A model generated the notes under the pieces. It was not told the DNA's origin and did not search any database. It saw only the letters and a program-made list of their open reading frames with translations. Below, in pieces: positions 20,792-30,522 of a stretch of DNA of 64,000 nt; within the stretch, counting starts at the first letter, position 1; each line of letters opens with the position of its first letter. The translations under genes were made by a program, and so were the position numbers. This DNA comes from Cyanidioschyzon merolae (lineage: Eukaryota): assembly GCA_000091205.1 (NCBI GenBank), contig AP006496.2. The stretch is one strand, 5' to 3'.

Positions 20792-23317
20792 ATGGCGGAT
20801 ACATCAGATAACATCGGAAGAGAAGCTTCAATTTCGTTGCATCAGGGCATTCAGACAAGAGAGGGCGCCCAAGAGCTGCCTTTTTCAGCGGAAGACTTGC
20901 TTCAAGGACGTACAAGGGGCACTAGCCCCGGCACTGGGTCGCTGGAGAGCAATTCACCCGACGTGACGCCGGACGACGCGGACGACAAAAAGGACCGTAA
21001 CCACGCGAAACTTTTCACGGGTGCATCCACAAGGACGCAACTGAGGCTAGCTCGTTGCCGCAAGGCAATTAGTTTGGAGTTTCACAACATCCACTACAAG
21101 GTTCCTCTCCGGCGACCGCCGCCGCCACGGAGCCGTTGGGAGCGCTACGTCACCCGGCCGTTGCGTTCCTTCTTGCCCGCATCCATCTCCGAGCGTACGT
21201 ACGGAAGCGTTGAGCTTCTGCACGGCATCAGCGGCATCGTTCGACCCGGAGAATTTTGCGCTATTCTGGGCGGCTCGGGGGCAGGGAAAACCACGCTGTT
21301 GAACGCTCTCGCCGGTCGATCGGCGGTACCCATATCGGAAGGCTCGATCCTGTTTAATGGGAGACCGCGAACCCATGCGACGAGACGCCTTATCGGCTAT
21401 GTCATGCAGGACGACATTTTCTTCAGCAATCTGACTGTTGGACAGACGCTCCAGTTCACGGCCGACATCCGGTTGCCACGAACCATGTCTGCCCAGGAGA
21501 AGCGGGAACGCGTCGATGAGGTGCTGCAGTTCCTTAATTTATCAAAGGCAAAAGACACGATCATTGGTGACCAGCAGTTCCGCAAAGGCATCAGCGGTGG
21601 TGAGCGGAAGCGAACCAATATTGCGGAAACGCTGCTGACGAATCCATCGCTTCTGCTTCTGGATGAGCCGACCAGCGGTCTCGATTCAACAACTGCGCTG
21701 GCAGTAGTGCGGCTGCTAAAGGATCTAGCGATCACTGAAGGGCGCACCGTCATCGCGACAATCCACCAGCCGAGCTCCATCATGTGGGCTGAATTCGACA
21801 AGGTTCTGCTTCTCGCGGAAGGCAGTGTGGTCTACTTTGGACAAGCCAGAGATGCGACGGATTATTTTGAGAAGCAAGGTTTCCGTCTGCCCTACGGGTA
21901 CAACCCGGCGGATTACCTGCTGGACTTGCTCGTGAGCGGCGTGCACAGTGGAGGTCGGATGACCGAGGAGCGGTGGACCACAGTTCCGGATCAGGTTCGG
22001 TGGGAGACTCGACGCCTTTTCGGTGGTCTCGATCAGTTCGAAGACCCGTCCATGTATCCAGTAGAGAACGACTATAACTTAACTGCATCGATGGTGCTCC
22101 GAGCGGCTTGGCGGCTGCACGAGGAGGAAATGCTTGCACGCGAACGGAAACTGTACGAGGAAAGAATTCGCGAGCATTCCACAATCGCTCGAGCTGCAGA
22201 TGCCTCCAAACGAGAAATGGAACGCGCAGCAAACGACGTTGAGCGGACGCGACCAACAGAGTCGCTGCGCAATGTGCTGCACAGAATCCGCTCGCACCTT
22301 CCAACAGGTCCGGATCGTCAAACAGCGCGCACCAACGACGACGACGAGAACAACCACGTCGTAATCAAGCTAGATTCAGCTATCAATGAGTTCGATGAAG
22401 ACGATACCGCGGAACTGGAAGAGATCGAACGACACAAGTATCCAGTTTCATGGCTGCAGCAGTTCCGCGCACTAGCTATCCGCGCTATGCATCAGCGAAA
22501 GGGTGTCTTGTTTACGTTCCCAACGCTTATCCAGTGCGTCATTATATCGGTGCTAGTGATGCTAATCTGGATCAATTCACCGAACAACGCGAATGGCATT
22601 CATCAGCGTTTCGGTCTGGCGTTCTTTTCGGGAATATTCTGGGCGTTCTTCGCGCTCTTCAACAGCATCACCTCGTTCCCGTCAGAGCGGGCGGTGCTCG
22701 CCAAAGACCGATCCTCCGGTAGCTACATGCTGTCCGCGTATTTTCTCGCCAAGACATCCGTGGAGAGCCCACTCGAGCTCATCTACCCATACCTATACAT
22801 ACTCATTGTTTATTTCGCCACGGATCTGCAACGAACGGCCCGAGCGTTCTTCCTTTTCGTGATCCTGCTCTCGCTCTTGACGCTCGTTGCGCAGTCCATG
22901 GGCTACTGGATCAGCAGCATGGTGATGGAGTTCAAACAAGCTCAGGTTATCGCGTCCATCTGGATGCTGGCTTCGATGCTGGTCGCTGGTTTCTATATCA
23001 GCGAATCGCAGATTCCGGTGTGGATCCGATGGATTCGTTATGTGTCCTTTGTATACTACGGTTACGTGGGTCTTGTGATGAATGAATTCCAGGGCTCGAC
23101 GTACGCATGTGTTAGCGACAGCTCCACGGCCAAGTCGTACCCGTCATGCGCGCAATCGCCGCCGCAACCCATCACCCCGCACGAGGTCTATCAGGCATAC
23201 AGTGTGAACACAGTGTTCGGCATCGGAGGGAGTATCGGCATGTTGATCATGTTTCTCGTCGTTTTGCGATTTTTCGCGTATTTGAGTTTGAAGTACATTC
23301 AAGCTGTACGCAAGTGA
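20792..23317 (+). CDS. ABCG-family (White-type) half-transporter, NBD-TMD, with an unusually long charged linker
   Basis: Walker A 'GGSGAGKTTLLNALAGR', signature/Walker B 'ISGGERKRTNIAETLLTNPSLLLLDEPTSGLDS', 'NPADYLLDLL', then a six-helix TMD ending in 'LVVLRFFAYLSLKYI'. The track ORF starts on GTG at 20771; the first ATG, verified at 20792, was used. Confidence 0.85.
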   Translation: MADTSDNIGREASISLHQGIQTREGAQELPFSAEDLLQGRTRGTSPGTGSLESNSPDVTPDDADDKKDRNHAKLFTGASTRTQLRLARCRKAISLEFHNIHYKVPLRRPPPPRSRWERYVTRPLRSFLPASISERTYGSVELLHGISGIVRPGEFCAILGGSGAGKTTLLNALAGRSAVPISEGSILFNGRPRTHATRRLIGYVMQDDIFFSNLTVGQTLQFTADIRLPRTMSAQEKRERVDEVLQFLNLSKAKDTIIGDQQFRKGISGGERKRTNIAETLLTNPSLLLLDEPTSGLDSTTALAVVRLLKDLAITEGRTVIATIHQPSSIMWAEFDKVLLLAEGSVVYFGQARDATDYFEKQGFRLPYGYNPADYLLDLLVSGVHSGGRMTEERWTTVPDQVRWETRRLFGGLDQFEDPSMYPVENDYNLTASMVLRAAWRLHEEEMLARERKLYEERIREHSTIARAADASKREMERAANDVERTRPTESLRNVLHRIRSHLPTGPDRQTARTNDDDENNHVVIKLDSAINEFDEDDTAELEEIERHKYPVSWLQQFRALAIRAMHQRKGVLFTFPTLIQCVIISVLVMLIWINSPNNANGIHQRFGLAFFSGIFWAFFALFNSITSFPSERAVLAKDRSSGSYMLSAYFLAKTSVESPLELIYPYLYILIVYFATDLQRTARAFFLFVILLSLLTLVAQSMGYWISSMVMEFKQAQVIASIWMLASMLVAGFYISESQIPVWIRWIRYVSFVYYGYVGLVMNEFQGSTYACVSDSSTAKSYPSCAQSPPQPITPHEVYQAYSVNTVFGIGGSIGMLIMFLVVLRFFAYLSLKYIQAVRK

Positions 23318-23765
23318 GGCCGCAGCATTTGGCGCCATCATTGCTGGTCTAGCGGCCATGCTCCCCGCGCCTGAACCCTATAGCACTGTACTGACTCGTG
23401 CACTGCCGGATATTGGAACGCATCCTAGATCATCGATAAAAGACACGGATATAGTGAGGAGTCGCAAGCGTTCCTTCAAGGGCATGACGCTGGAGCGATG
23501 CCCCATCGCGCGGCAGCGGGTATGCGCTCAGCGAGCGTTCGCAGCGGCAGCCGCACGACCACGGGCAGCGTTCCATCACCAGGTCGTTTCCAGTGCTCCC
23601 TTTCCACGGCTTTCATACCCAAGCGCACTTGATCAAGGCCCTGTCTCGCGTTGGCATCACCCGGTTAACCGAGAGCTTGGCTGGGGCGTCTCCGACTGAT
23701 GGCCTATTCCCGGCGTCAAGGCGCCGGCGCGCGTCGAAGATAGCGTCTTACTATCGAAAAGCCGC

Positions 23766-24041
23766 CTAGTCAGACGAAACCCAGCTCTCTTCCGATTTCT
23801 TTGATCCTGCGTTTGCATCTGAAGTAGTGGGTGCCGCTTCTTTCACATCTAGTGCGCGTTGTTTTTTCCGTTGCCGCCACGCACGCAGATGCGTCAGCTC
23901 GTCGGTAGTACTCCACAAGTCTGGCTCCTTCGTGTCCTGATTTTGGGCTCGACGCTTCAACAGCTCCCGTTTAAGCCTTTTCTGCTTAAACGGTAAACGC
24001 CCTGTGCGAGAAACTTTACTGATCTTTGCGGACTTTCCCAT
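23766..24041 (-). CDS. Hypothetical small Lys/Arg-rich protein (91 aa), possibly nucleolar/ribosome-biogenesis-like
   Basis: 'MGKSAKISKVSRTGRLPFKQKRLKRELLKRRAQNQDTKEPDLW...'. Internal ATG verified at 24041..24039. The upstream part of the track ORF looks non-coding. Confidence 0.3.
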   Translation of the reverse strand: MGKSAKISKVSRTGRLPFKQKRLKRELLKRRAQNQDTKEPDLWSTTDELTHLRAWRQRKKQRALDVKEAAPTTSDANAGSKKSEESWVSSD

Positions 24042-24978
24042 GAACGAAACGCAGCGGATAATTGCGTTGGGCGTGCGCTGCTGTCGCCGCATGCACGCCA
24101 TGTGCTCTGCGATACAGAAGAAACGTAAGAAAAGAAAAATGCGCATCATCGGAGAACGCTGGCCTAAGTAACCGTTTTGTCCATGAAAAAAAATGCCCTC
24201 TGCGATATGCCTTCGATGCCGCGCTGCTGTTCGATTTTCACCGCGTACACACAAACAAACAAACATACACACACACGTGTGGATACAGGGACCATGCGCG
24301 TTTGCCTGTTCTTCGCTTCAGTCTATGCATGAGAGGAACGATATCGTCCAGCATGGGTCCTGACAGATGGTTCCTGGAAGCGATAAGCGGTGGCAAGGAA
24401 CTGATGACCGCTGAACTCTTTATTGTCCTGCAAATGGCATTCCAGATTGCGCATCGCCTCGTGCGTGCTATGCCGCATGGATGCTACTGTTCGGGAGATG
24501 TGCCGTGCTACGCGCTGCAATGAAAGGTCTTCTCGTGATCGGTGTTTGTCCGGTACCAGCAATGCTTTCATGAATCGTTGATACAAGTTGCAGTCCAGTG
24601 CACAGAGGTTCTGCCGCCTCTGATCGTTTCCGCTTGTATCTCTCGGGAGTGCGACGTGGAGGCGCACAGCCCGGGTCTCCGAGCGCTCATCGAGATTCCC
24701 GCCAGTAGCGTCCAGGGAAACGCGACTCTCCCGACCAAGCGACCACCCCGCTGCATGCCCGCTTGTATATCTGGACGGCATATCAATGCACAGGACGGCG
24801 TGATCGAAGAGGCAGCGTCGAAAGCCGTGCCCGCTTTCACGCTGAGATCACTCGAGGCGCCGGGGAACATACGGCCTCGTGCCGATGCCCCTAGAAGCAC
24901 CACAATGCCGTTCTGGCTCGGTGCAGCGACCACAGCTGCACATCCAGTATCGTCGCAAGCGCCTGCGATACGCCCAGC

Positions 24979-25103
24979 ACGTGCAAAATGACCGGAACGG
25001 ACGGATCTCTATACCTATGGAGAAACGTGGCGCGGGGCCTCACGTGGAAAATGACCGGAACGCACAGATCTCTATACCTATGGAGAAACGTGGCGCGGGC
25101 CCT
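24979..25103. repeat. Tandem duplication: two copies of a 62-bp unit
   Basis: Read directly: 'cacgtgcaaaatgaccggaacggacggatctctatacctatggagaaacgtggcgcggggcct' followed by 'cacgtggaaaatgaccggaacgcacagatctctatacctatggagaaacgtggcgcgggccct'. Confidence 0.85.
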
Positions 25104-25220
25104 CTAGACTGCAGCAGCGCCCGTGCGTGTACGGAGATCCTTTTCCTGGGTGAGCGCAGCATGTGCGTATCCGCGGCATCCAGTATGTTCCGTGGATCTC
25201 GCACTACCAGGAATCACCCA

Positions 25221-26402
25221 TCACATTGACGGGCATTCGCTGGACCTTTGACTGTCCCGTAACCGATCACAGACACCACTGCACCCGCCCGGAGATTCAT
25301 TGGGCTCTACGCTAGCACCTGCAGGTGCATGCAACTTAGAGGTGTTCTCACGTTCCCGTCGTTCCTCGACCCGAATCAGGAAGAAGAGAAAGACTGCGCA
25401 GAGCCCGTCCGGAACATTGTTCGCCCAGACGCTGAAGGGAACCCCCAGCGCAGCCAAATACAAGCTATAGACAACGTCCGATATGAACGTGAAGAGAACC
25501 CACAACGTGGACAAACTTCCACGATGTCCGTAGGTGTAAGTGGTAATAATCTGGGGTATCCACATCACTGTACACAAAAGCGTCGCCAGGTAGCCGCACA
25601 CATCAGCGAACAGGACGGTGAGCCAGCCCGACCCAGTGTCGTAGCCGCCAATCAGACCGGCAGCAGGGACCGCCACCAGCACCACTACCAGCAAGAATAT
25701 CTTGAAAAAGAGCGCCGCATGTGCGGAATCGTCGAAATAATAGCGGTGGTGACGATAGTGCGCGTGCCGACGGTGCTCGCGCGGGACTGCATGCCACCAC
25801 TGCGGGTCGGGGGTCGCGTCGGCCTCGGGGTCGCTGGCCGAGTTCTCATCGGTGCTCAGCAGAGGCGTCGACGGCCCTGGACGCGGACTCGTCAACTTGG
25901 AGACGGTTTCCGTCCGTGGGCTCTTCCAGTGAGCGTCCGCTGGAGAGTCAGAGAACACGATGCCGGCTCGGATTCGCTGCAATTCGCGCGCCTCATCCAG
26001 TTTCTCGTAACGTAGGTACCAGAACCAGAGCAGGCTCACGAGCAGCCACGAACCAACGACCTGCACAAACGGCTGGATCTCAGTGAAGCACACCAGCCAA
26101 CCTCGGGTGCACGCTCGGAGCCATACTCCGCGGCTCTGCACGAGGTAGTCGATCATGGTCAGGTACGTGTACAGGGAGCCGAAAAAGATCGTCCACGCAG
26201 AAAGCCCTACAACACTCTTGCGTTGATATAACTCAATATGTTGCGGTATAAACTGCCCCAGTTGCACGAGTGTCACCAGCGCCGATGCCGCAGACGAGAC
26301 CCACGGGCGCACCGCACTCCAGGCTGCACCGCTCAACTCGTCCGTGCGCATAGTTCCCAGAACGACTGCCCAGGTCGGCGCGTTTGCCATTATCCGGGCC
26401 AT
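25221..26402 (-). CDS. PQ-loop repeat transporter (cystinosin/PQLC2-like lysosomal-vacuolar amino-acid transporter family)
   Basis: Two PQ-loop motifs, 'LVQLGQFIPQHIELYQRKSVVGLS' and 'CTVMWIPQIITTYTYGHRGSLS', within seven predicted TM helices. ATG verified at 26402..26400. Confidence 0.7.
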   Translation of the reverse strand: MARIMANAPTWAVVLGTMRTDELSGAAWSAVRPWVSSAASALVTLVQLGQFIPQHIELYQRKSVVGLSAWTIFFGSLYTYLTMIDYLVQSRGVWLRACTRGWLVCFTEIQPFVQVVGSWLLVSLLWFWYLRYEKLDEARELQRIRAGIVFSDSPADAHWKSPRTETVSKLTSPRPGPSTPLLSTDENSASDPEADATPDPQWWHAVPREHRRHAHYRHHRYYFDDSAHAALFFKIFLLVVVLVAVPAAGLIGGYDTGSGWLTVLFADVCGYLATLLCTVMWIPQIITTYTYGHRGSLSTLWVLFTFISDVVYSLYLAALGVPFSVWANNVPDGLCAVFLFFLIRVEERRERENTSKLHAPAGASVEPNESPGGCSGVCDRLRDSQRSSECPSM

Positions 26403-26615
26403 AGACAGGAATGGAAGGAAGCATGCAACCCGGTTCAGGTTTCCGCTGGCTCGCAGTATAACGCCGCAGTCCCTTGCTGGAGCAGCATGTCGGTTGACGT
26501 TGGATCGCCGGTGCGCAGCTGGCGCTGGAGTCGGGCAACGCGTTGCTGCTGCGGCTGCTGCAGTCGTTTCTGGTGCGGGCCTTGCGGTGCCTAGTTGCGC
26601 TCAGCGCGCTGCGGT

Positions 26616-26692
26616 GCTGAGTAGGAGGAGGAGTAGGAGGAGTAGGAGTAGGAGGAGGAGGAGTAGGAGGAGTAGGAGTAGGAGGATGCCGC
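26616..26692. repeat. (GGAGGAGTA)n-type microsatellite
   Basis: Read directly. It generates an artefactual PTPTPP-rich ORF on the minus strand. Confidence 0.9.
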
Positions 26693-29028
26693 ACGGGCCC
26701 GAGATCACTGCGTCAGTGTGATGCATCTGGGAACGGGAAACAGCGCAGACGGTTGGAGCAGGTGCTGGTGTTTCTGTCCGGCTGGGGTGTACTCGATGGG
26801 TCAAGTGTGCATCGGGTGCACAGCCGCTGCGTGCTTGTTTCTGATAGTGCGTGAAGGACACTGGGGATTTTGCTCGCGCCGATGCCCACTGCTATATATG
26901 GCAAAGCGTTCTGTCTCCGTGATGCATTGGTATCAGCGGCAGAGGCGCCGTTGCGGATGCAGCAGGACAAGCATTCGGCGAACGATAGAACGTATGAAGC
27001 GACCAGTATATCCGAGAAGAAGTTTGGGATATGCAACTTGGGAGCAGGGCGTAGAACGTTGGTTGCTTCACCGCGTGCCGATCATAAGCGCACAGGCGGG
27101 GAACGTGGGTCTGTGTTCAGGTTTTTTCCATGAAAAAGAGAACTGGATTATCTCGGCTGTGCATGCAGGTTGGGGATTGGGCTGGCACTGAGGGCGGCGG
27201 CGGCGGCGGCTTCTCGTGCATCTCGGGGCGTCGGAGTGCCAGAAGAGCATTTGTTCAGGCTCGAGCGTTGCCCAGGAGGATATACTGCAGCGATCGCGCA
27301 GCATCCGTGCCCGACTAGGATTCAGGTTCTGCCAAGCACCAAGTCCTGGTCGAAGAACGACCGACACCCGCGTGCCTCATCATTGTTCGGATCGTGCGAG
27401 CAACCCTTCGTTGTAGTGACGCGAGGCAGGGCGGCGCGAGACAGGCCCAGAGGGCAGTCTCGGGTTCCAGAAGGGCCACCCTCCGAAGACCATTCTCTGC
27501 AAAAGCCGCCACTTGACGTAACAGTCATTCGCATGCGTCCAGCGTTCGAGGCAGGCATTTGCGTCGCTCGGGGCGCGTACTCGATGCCGGTACGCTTCGC
27601 ATGCCGACGGATTCTCTAATGGCTGAGGTGCGGGTCATCGTTGGCAGATTCCAGTCCGTCGCCGAAGCCGAGAGTCGCTTGTCGTTTGCCTCATTCCGTG
27701 TCGAAAACGGGCGCCGAACCACATGTACCACAAGATGACGCCCAAGTCCAGTCGATTAGGCCAATGCCCCGGCACGATCACTACGGATACACCAACTGCA
27801 TTCATGTCATGCGTCTGGTGCCGCAGGCAGCAGGCACTAGCTACAAACGGGTCCTCGCCCGCATCCAGGGCTAGAGACTTGACGCCAAATGCTCGCGACG
27901 CCACGCGTTCCAGTTCCGTGCCTCTCATCCGATGGCACTTGGATGCACGCGCATCTGAGAATAGGGTAACGCTGAGTCGCAAACGGGTGTTCCGCAGCGG
28001 ATGCTGGGCTCCGTGGGAAACGCGTCGCACGTCCGACAGGGTCAGGAGCCTACGCAGACTCGACATCGCCTGGTGATCAGAGACCGCGACCTCGGATCGA
28101 TGTACAGAGCTCCGGAGCCGTTCACGTAACGAAAGACAAATCCTCCTCTCTTTGAGGCCATCAAAGAAAAGGCACTCCAAAGCGGATTGTCATCCATCCT
28201 GGGATATGATTGCAGAGGAACCCGTCTCTTCTGGTTGCATGGAAAAAGGTCAGGTGCACGGGCTTGCGTCATGGTAGCGATCGCGTCCGGTACATGGTGC
28301 CGCACCGCGTTGCGCGAATGGAGTAGAGACGGGTCGATATTTATCGACTCGTGCGTCAGTGTGGATTTTCCTCCCTGCACTTGTTTCATCATGAACAATA
28401 TCGTGCGCCACAAGTCCTCTATTGAATGGAACAGCGTGCGTTTGCGTGTCTAGCGGACAGATAACTTGGCCAGGGCATCGCCCAGAGCGAGCCCCTGATC
28501 GTAGGCGGAGGCATCAGGCATGGAAACGGAGCAGGGCATCGATCGAAGCCTTCACCACCCGCCAGAGGCATGCACCGAGCGCTGGGGCAAGCGTTCACGC
28601 GCCACAGGGCGCGCCCCTCGATGGGGAAGCGGTATGTTGAATATCCAGCACCAACAGAACACAGTCGAGTGTGGGCGCTGCAAACAGCACATCGAGGCTG
28701 AATGCAAGGAAGATGAAAATCGGCAGCGAAGCGTTGATCGCAACGTGCGCGTGTGCATGTCGTGCGCGAACTACAGCTGGAAGCAGCGAAATCGGGACTT
28801 GAAAGCCACCATCACGATCCGTCGAGCGCCAAAAGCGTATCAGTAGGACAAAGACAAAAGACTGGTTCATGGAAAACCGGAAATAAGAGATACGGACAGG
28901 AAGCAGACGCAGAAAACTAGCCCGTAAAGACCTACATTCACGACACTGGAACACCACCAAATTTTAGCGTGTGCGCCCGAGTCACAAAACCTGTTCCACT
29001 TTTTATTCTTACGCGGCTATAGCACTAT

Positions 29029-30522
29029 TCAGTTGGATTGCAACGGGGCCAGAACACCTCCGGAAAGGTGCCTGATGGCAGCGTACATCCCTACCAGCGC
29101 CCGAGCATATGGATGAAGGCCCTGCCTCGGCGGCGTCACGAGGAAGCGTTCGCGCCCAATGCCCAGCGTGCCCGCAAACCTGCTTATATACAAGTTCCAT
29201 ATCCATTCGAGGACACGCAGCGGTACGAACGCAGCATGAGCGATTTCATGCGACTCCAAGTTCCCATAACACGACACCAGCACGCCGTTCACCAGCAGCG
29301 TTCCCGCCTCCGTCAGCGGCGCATAGGCATCTGCGTGCCGCACGCGCGTCATCGACTCGATGCGCTCGAGGTGTCCGTTCGCGCTGCGCACGTACACGCC
29401 CGGGTGCAGGCGCCGGGCCAGTCGATACCCCCCAGCCCCCAGAGGTGCATCTGTAGCCCATATTAAATGATTTTCCGTGATCTCGAGCAGCTGCCTCGTC
29501 GTCGTGATGCGCAAATACGGAATTGCGCTACCGTGTGGGATACGATCTACGAAGCCGTAGACGCGAGTGGCTACTCGCCTGGGCGTCCCCGATGGGTGCT
29601 CACCCGCGCTCAGGGTCATGACTTGGTCTCCGACGCGAAGTTCGCGCATACGCACAGCGCTGCCGTCGGGGCGCTCGACCAGCGCATCACCCGGGAAACA
29701 GACAAATCCGGATCCACTCGAATACGAGGGCTGGAACGCACCCGCTGCCTTACCGCTGTGCGGCTGATACAGCGGAATTTCGGTTTGTACCGGATTTGGG
29801 GGACATTTCGAGTTTCCGTTGAACTCTCGACACTGGTTTTGAGTGTCATAGGCGATCGTCATGTTGATATTGGAAACAAATCGCAGGTCGAGAAGTGCGG
29901 TGCACTGTGGCGAGATGCCAACGAAACCTGCCTCCGGCAAGTCATAGCTCTCACCGGGATTCAGTGTGAATACAAAGCATATGACTCGACTATCCTGGCC
30001 TATGGCAGCAATTGGTAAACTCGCACTCGAGCCTGTCAACGCAGGGTACGGTCCCGCGGCGATGAAAGCGAGGTTGTCCTCCAGGTACGCGGGCCAGAAC
30101 GCATCACCGAGACAATACGTTGACCCCGGCTGCTGGAGAATGCCGCGGTTGAGAGCAACAGCACCGCTCTCGTTCGTCGGGTTTTCGAAGGTCCACATGA
30201 CAACGCCCTCGTTCTGGTTGAGCCACTTCCAGCTCACACGCAGCCCCTGGTCGCTCACACACTCCTGACCGTCTTCGAGCGGAGCCGGTGGCGGGCTTAC
30301 CGGAGACGGCGCCGGCGCTGATCTCCCAAGGGTTTCCAGCTCCGCGTCTACATTCAATACGAGCCGGCTTGCACAGCCCCGCCCGGTACGCCCTCGGCCA
30401 CTTTCGGGTTGCGTCGCCGCACCGAACACTTCACGACGAGTAACGACAGCACTACTGACGAGGCTGCTGAGGCTCAGAACCAGTACTATCGCCAGTACTA
30501 TTTGCGTACCGTTTCTAGTCAT
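29029..30522 (-). CDS. Secreted Hedgehog/intein-type Hint ('Hog') autoprocessing protein 1: signal peptide + uncharacterised N-terminal domain + Hint domain
   Basis: Signal peptide 'MTRNGTQIVLAIVLVLSLSSLVSSA'. The Hint module starts at the conserved Cys in 'SGFV|CFPGDALVERPDGSAVRMRELRVGDQVMTL', close to the Hh 'GCF' autocleavage site (Cys ~aa 275, nt ~29700), and continues '...FVDRIPHGSAIPYLRITTT...TENHLIWAT...THAD..LVNGVLVSCYG'. ATG verified at 30522..30520. Confidence 0.75.
   Translation of the reverse strand: MTRNGTQIVLAIVLVLSLSSLVSSAVVTRREVFGAATQPESGRGRTGRGCASRLVLNVDAELETLGRSAPAPSPVSPPPAPLEDGQECVSDQGLRVSWKWLNQNEGVVMWTFENPTNESGAVALNRGILQQPGSTYCLGDAFWPAYLEDNLAFIAAGPYPALTGSSASLPIAAIGQDSRVICFVFTLNPGESYDLPEAGFVGISPQCTALLDLRFVSNINMTIAYDTQNQCREFNGNSKCPPNPVQTEIPLYQPHSGKAAGAFQPSYSSGSGFVCFPGDALVERPDGSAVRMRELRVGDQVMTLSAGEHPSGTPRRVATRVYGFVDRIPHGSAIPYLRITTTRQLLEITENHLIWATDAPLGAGGYRLARRLHPGVYVRSANGHLERIESMTRVRHADAYAPLTEAGTLLVNGVLVSCYGNLESHEIAHAAFVPLRVLEWIWNLYISRFAGTLGIGRERFLVTPPRQGLHPYARALVGMYAAIRHLSGGVLAPLQSN

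Noticed and set aside
26233-26694. Proline/threonine-rich ORF 'PTPTPPTPPPPTPTPP...' on the minus strand
   Set aside because: It is entirely the translation of the (GGAGGAGTA)n microsatellite; no flanking coding signal.
28634-28846. 70-aa ORF with CxxC...CxxC spacing ('VECGRCKQHIEAECKEDENRQRSVDRNVRVCMSCANY') as a zinc-ribbon protein
   Set aside because: No recognisable family and weak coding signal. Recorded only as a possibility.
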